The notes under the pieces were generated by a model. It worked only from the letters and a program-made list of their open reading frames with translations, made no database searches and was not told where the DNA came from. From assembly GCF_038025025.1 (NCBI RefSeq), contig NW_027117345.1, forward strand, positions 868,001 to 932,000: 64,000 nucleotides of DNA, written 5' to 3'. Shown piece by piece: positions 1 through 11,053 of the stretch. The DNA is from Phyllosticta citribraziliensis (Eukaryota). Both the position numbers and the translations under genes were made by a program. Within the stretch, counting starts at the first letter, position 1. Each line of letters begins with the position of its first letter.

Positions 1-1384
1 TCAAGGTCGGCTCAAGCTGATAGAGAACGGACCGATCTGACACGGATGTAGAAATTACTAGGGTTCCAGACGTTGAAAGGTGAACATCCAAGGTCAAGAT
101 GTAAAACTTGTTGCGGCTTTGCAGATTCGGGCCGTCATCATCATTAGTTTGACTTTGCGTCAGTCGTGGGCATGAAATAAAGGTGCGGTAATTCAGGGGT
201 ATCATCTTCTGAGAAATGGACAACTGGTACGAAATGGATGCTATGACAGCGGCGATGAGCGCCTCGTATATCGCAAGCGGATCATGCTGCTTGCCGGGCT
301 CAGATGAAGTCGTCGACGCGAAATTGGGTTGGCTGTTTTGCTGAAAAGCTCTGGCGTTCGCCGCACGTGCATTGGATGTGTTTGGACCTGATCCAGCTCC
401 AGAATGGGCGGAGAAGCCAGGAGTTCGCCCGGCGAATTTGGCCAATTCGGAAGCTTTCAATGTTGCTTCGGTGACATCTGATGACGGTGAGAATCTGGCA
501 GGCGATGTGGGACGGACCATGGACATACGCTGTAGATGAGGCACGTGGCCCTGTTGATCTCTTTGTAGAGAGTCTTGATCAAATACCGGAGGAGTTGCTC
601 CAGGTTCAAACAGCCACAGGAGGAGCCGATCTCTGTCTACAAAGACGAGATGTTTCGAGTTGCGCAAGATGGCCTCGACGGTACTCAGTTCTTCGATTTG
701 CGTGTTGCGGCTGCCGGATCCCTCAAGGCTGGACTTGGCGGCCAAAGTACGGTAAGAAATGGCGCTGTAGCCACCCTAGAGATACTTAGAATGGAACTGA
801 TGGCAGAACAGGAGAGGCAGATCATTCTTACAACGGCAGAGACGCTGGTGTTACTGGACTTGAGGGAATCCATTTGCCAAGAAAAGACAAGGCTAGGAGA
901 CGCTGGGATTATGAAGAAGTTCCTGATCCACGACGGCAGCAGCAACGAAGAAGCTCATCAAAGCAGACCGAGTCGAGAGAGCCTCGATCACGATGAATGG
1001 GGGCCAAGATGCAAGGCTTGCCCCGTTTGAGGCGAGAGAAGCGATGTGTCGGCGCGCGCAACCAGGGTTGACTTGGACACCTGCATCGTTGACCGAGGCG
1101 GAAAAGGTCAGAGGTCAGAGGAGCGCTCGGCCCAGTGATGGCAGGCGGAAGTCGAGACCAGGAGGGAAGGGGATGAAGAAGGAAAGGCGCTTGATGGACA
1201 GCATCTGATGAGTTGCGGTGCGAGGGCCATCGGATGGAGCGACTCGCACGGACCACCTCAGCCCTACCGACCGCCGCCGTGCCGACGCGCTAAGTCCGCC
1301 CGGGCGCGTATCCCCGGCCCTGGCGCGGAACTTTTTCCAACCACCGCCACGACTCCTCGCGGTCCTTCGCTCCACCACGCCGCC

Positions 1385-3637
1385 ATGAAGGTCACCAACC
1401 ATTCCGATGTGCCCGTCTACACCATCTCCGGCTCAAATACGGCGCGACCGCTGCCCGAGTGGCTGGCCCGCAAGAGAAAGCGCAGCCTGAAGCAGGACCC
1501 AGAATATGCCAACCGCATCGAGCTTCTTCAGGACTTCGAGTTCGAGGAGGCCAGCCAGTGCGTCCGCGTCAGCGAAGATGGCGACTGGGTCATGAGCACG
1601 GGAACGTACAAACCGCAAATCCACACCCATTACCTGCCGCACTTGTCGCTGTCTTGGACCCGCCACACCAACACCGTCAACGAAACCTTCATCCTCCTGT
1701 CCTCCGACTACTCCAAATCCCTGCACCTTCAGACCGACCGTTTCCTCGAATTTCAAACACCTGGAGGTCTCCACTATTCGACCAGAATACCCAGATATGG
1801 CAGAGATCTCAAGTATGATCGACGTTCGACCGAGGCTCTTGTTCCCGCCGTCGGCGTCAACCAAGATGGCATGGGAGAAGTGTTTCGGCTCAATCTGGAG
1901 CTCGGACGTTTCATGAAAGGCTATGAGATTGACGTTGGTGGAGATGACTTTACATCTACAGGCGGCGGTGCGCTGCAGGGTGGAATCAACACTGGCAGTG
2001 TCAACGTTGGCGCGATCGCAGAAGAATCGCACAACCTTCTTGGCTTTGGTACTTCACTAGGAACGGTCGAATTTTGGGATCCGCGGTCAAGAAGTAGAGT
2101 GGGAATCTTGGGGCCCCCTCCGGACACATTCATGGGCGAACGAGTGGGCATCAGCGCACTCGAGTTTGATCGCAGTGGCCTCACTCTCGCCAGCGGCACG
2201 TCAAATGGGCTCGTCTACTTGTACGACCTACGTTCTCCCGTTCCGCTCCTCAAAAAGGATCAGGGCTTTGGTCTTCCGATCCAAAATCTCATCTTCCTCC
2301 AGCCCTCCACGGCTACAGCACAACAAATCAGCGAGCCCAAGATATTGTCGGCTGACAAGCGAATCATCAAAATCTGGGATCCGCAAGACGGAAAACCCTG
2401 GACGCACGTGGAGCCTGCTGTCGACATGCATCATGTCGAATGGTGCAAAGACAGCGGAATGCTGCTCACAGCTAACGAAGGCAAGCAGCAACATTCGTTC
2501 TTTATTCCGCAGCTTGGTCCCGCGCCGAAATGGTGTGCTTTCCTGGACAATGTCGTCGAAGAAATGGCCGAAGATCCAGACGACCCCAACGCCTTTGGCG
2601 GCAAGTCGGCCGGCGAGGTCTACGACAACTACAAGTTCCTTACGCTCAAGGAACTCGAGCAGCTCAACATGTCTCACCTCATTGGCACCACCAGCCTGTT
2701 GCGGCCCTACATGCATGGATACTTTGTTGCCCAGAAGCTCTACGAGGAGGCTCGGCTTATCAACCAGCCAGAACTGTGGCAGGAGCAACGCGCCAAGAGT
2801 ATTCAAGAGCGCATCAACAAGGAGCGCGAATCGCGCATCCGTGGGTCCAAGAAGGTCCAGGTCAAGGTCAACCGCAAGCTTGCGGAGAAGATGCTCGAAC
2901 GGGAAGAAAAGAACGAGCGGCGCCGTGCCAGGCGCGTGCTCGAGCGCGGAGGCGACGAGGATGCTGTGCAAGCACCTTCCAAGGCTGTCGATGGCGTCGA
3001 AATCGAAGGCGATGACGCCGAGGAGGAAGAGGAGGCGCCCAAGGCAACGGGCAACAGATTGCTCAGTGATCCACGTTTCTCGAAACTCTTCCAGGACGAG
3101 GACTTTGAGGTTGACGAGACCAGCCGCGAGTTCACCAGCATCAACCCGAGCACCAATGTCAAGAAGCCACAGGGCCTCACTGCTGTGGAAGAGGAGGCAC
3201 TGGATGAGCGCAGGGGCTCAAGCGATGAAGACAGCGATAGTGGCAGCGACAAGGAGGAGCAGCGTCCAGCCAAGCGGACGCAGCCCTCCAAAGAGCAGGA
3301 CAGGGATACAGGGCGCATCTCGTCATCTTCGTACAAGAAATCTGGGCATCGGCCCATGCCGCAGATGGTTGTCTCGTCATCGAACAAGAAGCAGGGCCAA
3401 GCCAAGGCCAAGTCCTTTGGTTCGATGGCATCCAACTTGAAGGAGAAGAGGAGAAGCGAGCCTAGAGGCGGCGGACTTGGTGCAGTGGGCGAGAAGGAGA
3501 TGACTTTTGCGCCAGTTCAGAAGCAGCAAAAGGGCAAGAGGTTCGAGGAGGGCGGCGGTGACGCAGACAAGGACGGGCGCAACAGAAAGAGAATGGACAG
3601 GAGAAGCGCAAGTGGCAACACATTTAGAAAGATGTAG
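1385..3637 (+). CDS. ENP2: Ribosome biogenesis protein Enp2/NOL10 (WD40 plus NUC153-type C-terminus), intronless
   Basis: ATG at 1385 in good context (GCCGCCATGA). MKVTN...LPEWLARKRKRSLKQDPEYANRIELLQDFEFEEAS, IPQLGPAPKWCAFLDN, YDNYKFLT and DPRFSKLFQDEDFEVDE are characteristic of the Enp2/NOL10 family. The ORF-track start at 1208 is an unlikely extension. Confidence 0.95.
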   Translation: MKVTNHSDVPVYTISGSNTARPLPEWLARKRKRSLKQDPEYANRIELLQDFEFEEASQCVRVSEDGDWVMSTGTYKPQIHTHYLPHLSLSWTRHTNTVNETFILLSSDYSKSLHLQTDRFLEFQTPGGLHYSTRIPRYGRDLKYDRRSTEALVPAVGVNQDGMGEVFRLNLELGRFMKGYEIDVGGDDFTSTGGGALQGGINTGSVNVGAIAEESHNLLGFGTSLGTVEFWDPRSRSRVGILGPPPDTFMGERVGISALEFDRSGLTLASGTSNGLVYLYDLRSPVPLLKKDQGFGLPIQNLIFLQPSTATAQQISEPKILSADKRIIKIWDPQDGKPWTHVEPAVDMHHVEWCKDSGMLLTANEGKQQHSFFIPQLGPAPKWCAFLDNVVEEMAEDPDDPNAFGGKSAGEVYDNYKFLTLKELEQLNMSHLIGTTSLLRPYMHGYFVAQKLYEEARLINQPELWQEQRAKSIQERINKERESRIRGSKKVQVKVNRKLAEKMLEREEKNERRRARRVLERGGDEDAVQAPSKAVDGVEIEGDDAEEEEEAPKATGNRLLSDPRFSKLFQDEDFEVDETSREFTSINPSTNVKKPQGLTAVEEEALDERRGSSDEDSDSGSDKEEQRPAKRTQPSKEQDRDTGRISSSSYKKSGHRPMPQMVVSSSNKKQGQAKAKSFGSMASNLKEKRRSEPRGGGLGAVGEKEMTFAPVQKQQKGKRFEEGGGDADKDGRNRKRMDRRSASGNTFRKM

Positions 3638-4517
3638 GAGGGTCGTTGTGGTCATGGCCAACGGCGCTTTGGAGTTGGGACCAGGAAAAGTTTGCGACAT
3701 CTTCACACGTTTAATATGGTTGCACCTGAAGGCTGAAATGTGTTTATAGTGGCAGGCAGGCAGGCAGGCAGTATATGAAGCGTCCAGGGTGGTGGAGCCA
3801 TGCAGGGGCATCCTTGGGTGCTTCAGGTGCACTTTTACCACTCAAGCTCTCCTTGTGAAGCGCGGCATCAAGTCTTGTTTACAGCGCATTGCGGGACGAC
3901 GATTTTGGTGGTCTGTTCTCACCATGGTCGACGGTGGGTTGGTGTTTTCGTGTCCGCGGACTTGGGCGATTTTCTGGACGTCTGGCGCCAGATCGATCTT
4001 CAATCACGACATCGCACCTCACTCCCCACCTAGTCCGCAACTGACCCGCGCACCCGTCATGTCGCACCCCTCAACCAGTCGCGTTGGTGCCATTGCACAT
4101 CGGCCACTCTGATGTCAGGAAAGCCACTTTTTTGCAACCGGCCCACGGCTGATGGTGTGCTCTGGCTGGACGAGGGTGCGCGTCGTCTTGCCTCATGGCA
4201 ATTTATCCTTTCACTCGACTTTTTTGCGATTGCTTCGTCTCTCGTCCGTTGCAGTTCCGCCTTGCCATATTTAGCCTCGCGCAAACCTTTTGTTAGTCTG
4301 TCTGACGCCGCCGACCTTCTCCTCTCAATTCTGTCTCCATCCGCGCACAGGGGATACATCTTTCCTCATTTGCACTTCGACTACGCCGCACCTATCGGAG
4401 GCGTTGGCCCCGACTGACCTGCCACCAGGTCACTCAACGACCATCCACGTGGGATCCTCGTAGGGTTCCTTGAACCCGATTCATCGGGCAAACCATAGGC
4501 AGCATCGACCTAGGAAA

Positions 4518-6339
4518 ATGACGCCGTTAACAGAAAAATACTCCGCCGAGGACAACACCGCGCGTCCCGTTGGCGCTGAAAATGCATCTTCAGATGCCGA
4601 GTATGACGACATTGAAACGGGTGCAGTGGATGAGAAGAAACTGTTGGGCAAACTGGATCTTCACCTCCTGCCTGGAGTAGCTATTCTATACCTGCTCTCA
4701 TTCCTGGATCGAAGCAATGGTAAGTTCTTGAGATTCAAACAACGAGATTCGAGAATTTCTGCGGGAATTACTGACGCTTGGCTGCAGTGGCGAATGCAAA
4801 GCTCGAAGGGCTGACCAAAGATCTGGGCATGAGTAAGTCGACGTAGATCATGGGTCGATTGTTGATTGCATCTAACCGAGTCTGTAGCTGGGAACCAGTA
4901 CCTTACCAGTCTTACGCTCTACTTCGTTGGTTACGTTTTGTTTGAGATATGTCCCCAATTACACCCCTACCGACCCCCTTCCCCCTTCATTGTTATGTCG
5001 TGCCGCTTTTTTGTCCTTCTAGCTGACAACCTCTCAGATCCCGTGCAATGTGATCCTCAAACGGACGACGCCCAAAATGTGGCTGCCGACATTGACCCTG
5101 GTCTGGGGCGTCGTGGCGACTCTCATGGGCGTCACCCAGAGCATGGACGGATTCTTCGTCGTCCGCTTCTTTCTGGGTGTTACCGAGAGCGGCCTCTTTC
5201 CCGGTGTTGTCTACTACCTGTCCAACTGGTACAAGCGCACTGAGCGAGTCTATCGTGTCGCTCTGTTCTTCAGTGCAGCCAGTCTGGCTGGTGCCTTTGG
5301 TGGTATTCTAGCTTTTGGCATTGGAAAGATGAATGGTGTCTCAGGCCTGAAAGGCTGGCGCTGGATCTTCATTATCGAGGGTATGTTTCAAAGAACATTT
5401 GCATGTCGATTTCTCAACTTCCGGTGTTGTGGTGAAAGGGGGGGGGAAGCGGGCGTCTCGATCTCCAGGAACAACGAATGGCTAACGGCGCACACAGGTA
5501 TCCTCACAGTCGCCGTCTCCCTCGCAGGATACTGGTTCATCTGCAACTATCCCTCGACAGCCGGATTCCTCACTCCCAAGGAGCGCAAGGTAGTTCTGTC
5601 CCGCCTGACAAGCGACTCCGACTCGACCGCCGACGAACCCTTCAACTGGACCGCCGTCCTAACCTGTCTACGCGATCCCAAATGCTGGCTCTACGGCGCA
5701 GTCTTCCACTCGCTCTCGCTCCCGCTTTACACGCTTTCCCTGTTCCTCCCCACAATCATCAAAGACCTTGGCTACACCGCCGCGCGAGCCCAGCTCCTCA
5801 CGGTCCCGCCCTACGCTCTGGCGACACTCCTCACCATTGCCGTGGCCATCATCTCCGAGCGCCTGCACCACCGCTCATCCTTCATGATCGGGTCCGCCAT
5901 CCTCGCCGTCACCGGCTACGCCATCCTCATCGGCAACGCGCACCACGTCTCGTCGCGCCCGGGCGTCTCGTACGCCGGCACCTTCCTCGCCGCCGGCGGC
6001 ATCTATCCCGCCACGGCTCTCGGTCTGGCCTGGCCGGCCATGAACGTTGCCGGCCAGACGAAGCGCGCAACGGCCTGCGCGCTGCAGATCTCGGTCGGCA
6101 ACTTGGGCGCCGTGATAGGTACGCAGATTTACCGACCGCGCACGGCGCCCGGATATGTTACGGGGCATTCGGTTGCGCTGGCCTACATGGCTGCCAACGC
6201 CATCATCGTGTCCCTCTTGTGGCTTGTATTGAAACGGGAGAACGCACGGAAGGAGAGAGAGTTGGCGGCGGCGGGGTCAGATGCACCCACTGGCCAGATG
6301 ACGGGCGATGAAGATTTGAGGTGGAAGTTCAACGTTTGA
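4518..6339 (+). CDS. MFS transporter, allantoate permease/Dal5-Tna1 (ACS) family. Exons 4518-4719, 4788-4832, 4888-4946, 5038-5380, 5498-6339
   Basis: Spliced product reads KLDLHLLP..LYLLSFLDRSNVANAKLEGLTKDL..YVLFEIPCN..RFFLGVTESGLFPG..WYKRTE..GWRWIFIIEG..AQLLTVPPY. Introns 1, 2 and 4 are GT-AG with branch points. Intron 3 starts AT (see findings). Confidence 0.9.
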
Positions 6340-6764
6340 GTTTTGGGAGGCTGGTTTGCGGTGTTTTGATTCCCCTAATTGGCGCAGTGCGGATAGTTGG
6401 ATAGACTGTGCGAGTTCAATTTCGTCGTCTACTTCAAGTGGAACTGAAACCTCTCTGTCCCCGGTGATGAATGCTCCTGAAACGACAACCCAACTCTACT
6501 AACTCCACGCACTTGGTCGGCAGAAGAAAGTTCCCTCTGATTGTGTGTATCAGTCAACGTACTCTTGCCCAACCTTTGCGCATCGAAAGGGAGACGTCAG
6601 AAGAGCATGCTCCTCAACTGAAACGAGCTGACCTAGCAAGTGGACAACACTTTTGAGTCGGCCAGCCAATCCCCGTACGACTGAGTAATATTTCGAATCT
6701 TCGTGCCAAATCCGAAGTGCTCCTATTGGGACACGGGTGGTTCTGCCGTACCCTATCCGACTAC

Positions 6765-7478
6765 TCATTTCTCCAGTTGTCCATAGTCCCGTGCTTTTAT
6801 TTCCGTCAGTCCCATTCCCATGTCGATCGTGAATTCTCCCAGTGAGGAACCGGGAAGAGAGACACCGCTCTCAGGATCATCGTCCACGTCCACATCCTCC
6901 ACATTTCCCTCGTCTTCCTCATCTTCCTCGTCTTCCTCATCATCCTCATCAAAGTCCTGAAGAGAGTCACGGAGGCGACTCTGTTCCCACATCGCGTATC
7001 CGAAAAGCTTCATGTAGTCTCTTGAGGTGTCTTTAAGCTCCTCGTTTTGCTTTCTCAACTCGCTGTTCATACGCAGTTGTTCGTTTAGTTTGCCTGTTTT
7101 ATCATCCAGTTGCCTTCGCAAATTCGATCCTCTCTGCTGTAGATTGCGAATTTGGCCATCCCTCTTCTCTCCAGTCAGTACCTGATGTCTGTCTAGCTTC
7201 TTGCACACTCGAGATCCCCGACTTACCTGTCCTAAAGTTATCTGCGCTTTGTTGAGATCCTTTTGAAGTTTTGCCATGCGCTGTTCCAGGATCGAATATG
7301 GCTGAAGCCTATTCCTGGTGCTGCGACAATTGGTGCAATTGCACACGGGAAGAACGTTAGGACCCGACGACGCTTTTGCTGGATTGCTGCTCCCAGAGCT
7401 ATTGGTGTTGGGCAAGGGAGAAGGCTTCTTGCTCGGTGGAGACGAAGTTTTTCCTTTCGAGCTTTTCTTCTTGCCCAT
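6765..7478 (-). CDS. Orphan coiled-coil protein with acidic C-terminal tract; probable in-frame intron about 7164-7226
   Basis: ATG at 7478 (MGKKKSSK), a CNCTNC motif, a heptad-like region and a DEEDEEDEED tract. TATATA lies upstream (about 7562-7567). GTAAGT...ACTGAC...AAG is an intron candidate. Confidence 0.55.
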   Translation of the reverse strand: MGKKKSSKGKTSSPPSKKPSPLPNTNSSGSSNPAKASSGPNVLPVCNCTNCRSTRNRLQPYSILEQRMAKLQKDLNKAQITLGQVSRGSRVCKKLDRHQVLTGEKRDGQIRNLQQRGSNLRRQLDDKTGKLNEQLRMNSELRKQNEELKDTSRDYMKLFGYAMWEQSRLRDSLQDFDEDDEEDEEDEEDEGNVEDVDVDDDPESGVSLPGSSLGEFTIDMGMGLTEIKARDYGQLEK

Positions 7479-8150
7479 CTTCTTAGGTGTAAGCGGCGAG
7501 ACTCGTTTCAAAGAAAATTTGAGCTTGATGGAGAGCGCTATGCGTTTGCAGCATCACTACCTATATAATGGTCGAAATGAGGCTGGTGACACGTCAGGCC
7601 GAGTTGGTCACCGGCCAGGGTGCGGATGGGGAATGTTTCGCTTTGTGTCACAGGAACGCAGGGTGATCCCACAAAGAGTTCCAGAGAGGGAACGCGATGG
7701 AAGTGAAACGCACACTTCCAACTTTCCTGCGCCTGGTAACAGCGCCTCAGGGCAAGCAAACAGCAATGATTATCGCGAGGTTGGTGCTTGGTATTCTCTA
7801 CTGCCCCCCCATGTAACTGCCCCTGGACAATTTAGATGCTTCCAATCCCCCCGATGACCATGACAATGAATACTTCCCATCCCGGACCATGAATACAATT
7901 TTGCATGCTGTCAACTAGCCCTCTTGTGCCTTGATGTGTTTTCTTTGCAATGACTCCTGCAAACGAGCCCATCCCAGAATGTGTCTGAACGGAAGCCATG
8001 GAACACTTGCGAATTGCCCCTTTGGCAGCAGGTCTCGTGTCGCAGTGGTGCCTGAGGGTCAAGCGCGTTTGCAAGTTGCCGCTGTCAAGTACTGTGGGTA
8101 TATCAGCCAATGAATCTGCGACACGCGCGGATATGAGATTGACTTACCCC

Positions 8151-8555
8151 CTATTCTTCACGACTCCTTTTCACGTCGAGCAACCCTTTTCTCGCCGAAG
8201 CAACCAACGCTTCTTTCGTAGACCTTTGAGTGTCGACCAACTTGTCGAGACTGGCATCCTCGGTAACGACGAAGAGACTGTTAAAAAGGTCGTCGAGAGA
8301 ACGCGGGCACTTGGGGTCCCACGCGTCGATCACCCCCTTCTCCAGGCGTTCGTTTTCTTCCTGGAGCAGAACGATCCACTTCCGATGGTCGGCTCCTCCG
8401 GATTCCGCAAACCGCAGTCTCGCTCTCATTTCCTCCATCTCAGCCATGAGATTTTCATACGCGAGCGACTTCTCGCTCAACTTCTCCTTCAGCTCCTCCT
8501 TTTCTTCCGTCAAACGTACATTCTCAGCGCGAATGATTCCCGCCTCGTACTGCAT
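8151..8555 (-). CDS. Orphan coiled-coil protein (about 134 aa)
   Basis: ATG at 8555 (MQYEAG), E/K/L-rich heptads, TATATAA upstream near 8688-8695, and a canonical intron (8092-8147) just after the stop. Confidence 0.5.
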   Translation of the reverse strand: MQYEAGIIRAENVRLTEEKEELKEKLSEKSLAYENLMAEMEEMRARLRFAESGGADHRKWIVLLQEENERLEKGVIDAWDPKCPRSLDDLFNSLFVVTEDASLDKLVDTQRSTKEALVASARKGLLDVKRSREE

Positions 8556-9694
8556 TGCGGCAATGGTAGGGGACAAGGGTCCGGACTTGTTTGATCCAGA
8601 TATCTTGCTGATTTATGGGTGATAGGGAAGTTGTGGTGATGATTGAGTTTGATGGCGAGAAAGTAACCTGGCGACCAAACGTCGTCATTATATATGCGGA
8701 AAAGGGGGACCACCGGGGACGGAGTGCACCGAATGTGTCTCAAGTCCATCCAAATGACCGACGGTTGCTTTGCGGATCTTCTCGTCGTTGACAAGGGTGC
8801 AATTGGCTTGTCTCAATTGCAAAGGCCACGTCAAGCAAATTTTGGGGCAAAAGGTGTCTGCCCACGCGGAGGGCGCGTTGTGGATGCAGTGAGAGACAAC
8901 TTCGTGGTTTCCGTTCGGTGGAGGCGGACAAACTTACAAGGGCCCATGTCAATTTCCCAAGGTGGTCTGCTTCGTTTCCAGCTTCAGTCTGGTTGAGTCC
9001 GTGTGGTGTCAGCCATCCGCAGTGGCGTCCAAAGAGAAATCTCCCTCGCCATTGGTGGACTGAGGGAGGCTTGTGCCCGACCACCTGCAGTCAGTTGACG
9101 TCATTGGTGCTTCGTTCGGATTGGTTTTGGCGCTACAGGCCCTCAACGCGTCCTCAGACGTGCCCTCTCCTCTCCTAGACCAGACAAGACACAAAGTTTC
9201 CGACCTCTCCAGTCATCGTCGAATTCGGTGGGAGCCTGTCGTTTCCTGGCTTTGATGAGTCGATGGCTGTTTGCAGTAAGCACGGTTCAGGAAGGAGGAT
9301 GGGGTTCTGTCCATCTTCATGGCTCCAAGAGCGCTAGCGGGCCGTGAGGCGGGTCGCAGCTGATTACACCACTAGCACCCTACCGAAGAACGACCTGTCC
9401 AGTGGATTTCAAGAGAGTTCATAAGCGACAAGCCCCGCCAACAGGCTGCTGTGTCCACATTGGTTTCAAGAGGGCCCGGGCCCCATTGTGGGTCACCAAG
9501 CAAGTAGACCACCACAAAGCCGGCGGTGAACACTCTTGTCCACTTTGACTTCAAGAGCGGCGGCATGCCGCTGATCACTCATGGATTGGACAGTGTTGTT
9601 GCTGTAAATTTCGGAATTATTCGCTTCTACGCTCCCAATACTTTAAGAATATGGACTGTGAAAGAGAAATGCAGTGCCTGGTGCTTCCTTTCGC

Positions 9695-11053
9695 TCACAA
9701 CTTGGCCCGGATCATTGGCACTATAAAATGTTAGCTCCGGCCTGCTGCATACGACCAGGCCACTCACCTTGCATGACCGGGCCCATCTCATATCCATACT
9801 CCTTGAAATCTGGTGGCTGTGGTTCAGCCGGACAAGGTTCTGTGCCCTCATCGCCATCATCGTTGGGCGCCACGGCGGCAATCCACATGTCAGTGTAGAT
9901 CTCTTCGTCCGGCGACAGTGGCACAGTGGAGTCAGACAGCGTCTCTTCCGACAAAGGGATCTGAAGCTCCATGGCATGTGCGCCACGACGAAATGATAGG
10001 GGCGAGTTTGGTGTTGCGCTTTGGCCGACAACCTTGTTGATGGTATGCATCAGCCTGTTGGGCTCAAAGTGGTAGAATGGCGGTGCTGGCGGAAACGCTG
10101 GAGCCGCGTAATGTCGATGCTCGGTGTGATATGGAGTTTGAGGCGCCGCCATGGTGCTACCAGGAGACTCAGGCTTTGAAACTTTCGGTGATGATGTGTT
10201 GTGAAGGCTATCAGGTTCCAGCTCCTCTTTCACGAGAGGCTGAACCGGGCCTGTGCTAAGCATCTGTCGGAGCGCGCGGTTGCACATGCGCAGGCGCAGG
10301 ATAGAATCCAGCGGGAGATGGGGACAGATGCGGTTCCAGATTGTTCCAGGCAGGTCGTCTAGGACCGCTCGCCGCTGCTTGTCTCTTTCATCGGGCGTTT
10401 TGTCCTCTGTGGACGTGGTTTCTTGCCCCCGTTTCGATTCTGGTATGGAGCATGCGAGTGAATCTTGGGAGTCTTTGTGGCTAATGTGAAACGACTGAAT
10501 TCACTGGTAAGCTGCCATATGACAATCCCCGAAACCGGAGGACTAACCTCAGGTCCCGGTTGCTGTCTCCTAGTCGAAGCTAGCGGTTGGTGTTCAGAGC
10601 CTTCGGGCTCCTGCTTCAACGTCACTGATCTTTGAAAATCGCCAGTCTTCAGATGACAGCCTGATCCACTTTGTTTGGATGAACTCTCGTCGTCGCCACT
10701 TTCTTCGGCGTCATTGACGGCATCTGTAATCTTCTCGTCGTGTCCAGCTCCGGGAATCTGGAGTTGAGCAATTTTGTTTTCGCAGTGAGAGTCTTGCGCG
10801 TGTGCGCTGCTGCATCCTGCTTCTAAATGTTGAGAGCTCTCCACCTGCTGAAAATTTTCCCACTGCCAAGCCTGTTAGCTTGTCGTTGCAAGTAGGAGTA
10901 GGCAGGCGTGATGCGTACTTTTGTATCGCTATCCGGATCACCAGGAACACAGGTATAAGGCCGTAAATCCAACAACTCAAGTTGCACGTTGAGCAAGGGA
11001 TGCGCCGGGTATGCTGGGACTGGGACAAGGGAGTATCCGTGAGAGACCGACAT
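9695..11053 (-). CDS. F-box-motif protein. Exons 11053-10919, 10844-10548, 10494-9768, 9720-9695
   Basis: Three GT-AG introns with branch-like sites join separate ORF-track fragments in frame. The product contains LDDLPGTIWNRICPHLPLDSILRLRMCNRALRQML (F-box consensus pattern). The true start could lie further upstream. Confidence 0.65.

Noticed and set aside
200..1030. Protein-like ORF fragments at the window start
   Set aside because: Interrupted by stops, no recognisable domain and no coherent splice model. At most a pseudogene.
1208..1384. 59-aa N-terminal extension of ENP2 in the ORF track
   Set aside because: Family similarity starts at MKVTN (1385), which has a good start context. The upstream part looks like promoter/leader.
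1433..3440. Long overlapping and antisense ORFs over ENP2 (similarly over UFD4, exgD, MET22 and the MFS genes)
   Set aside because: Shadow ORFs expected from GC3-biased coding sequence, with no motifs.
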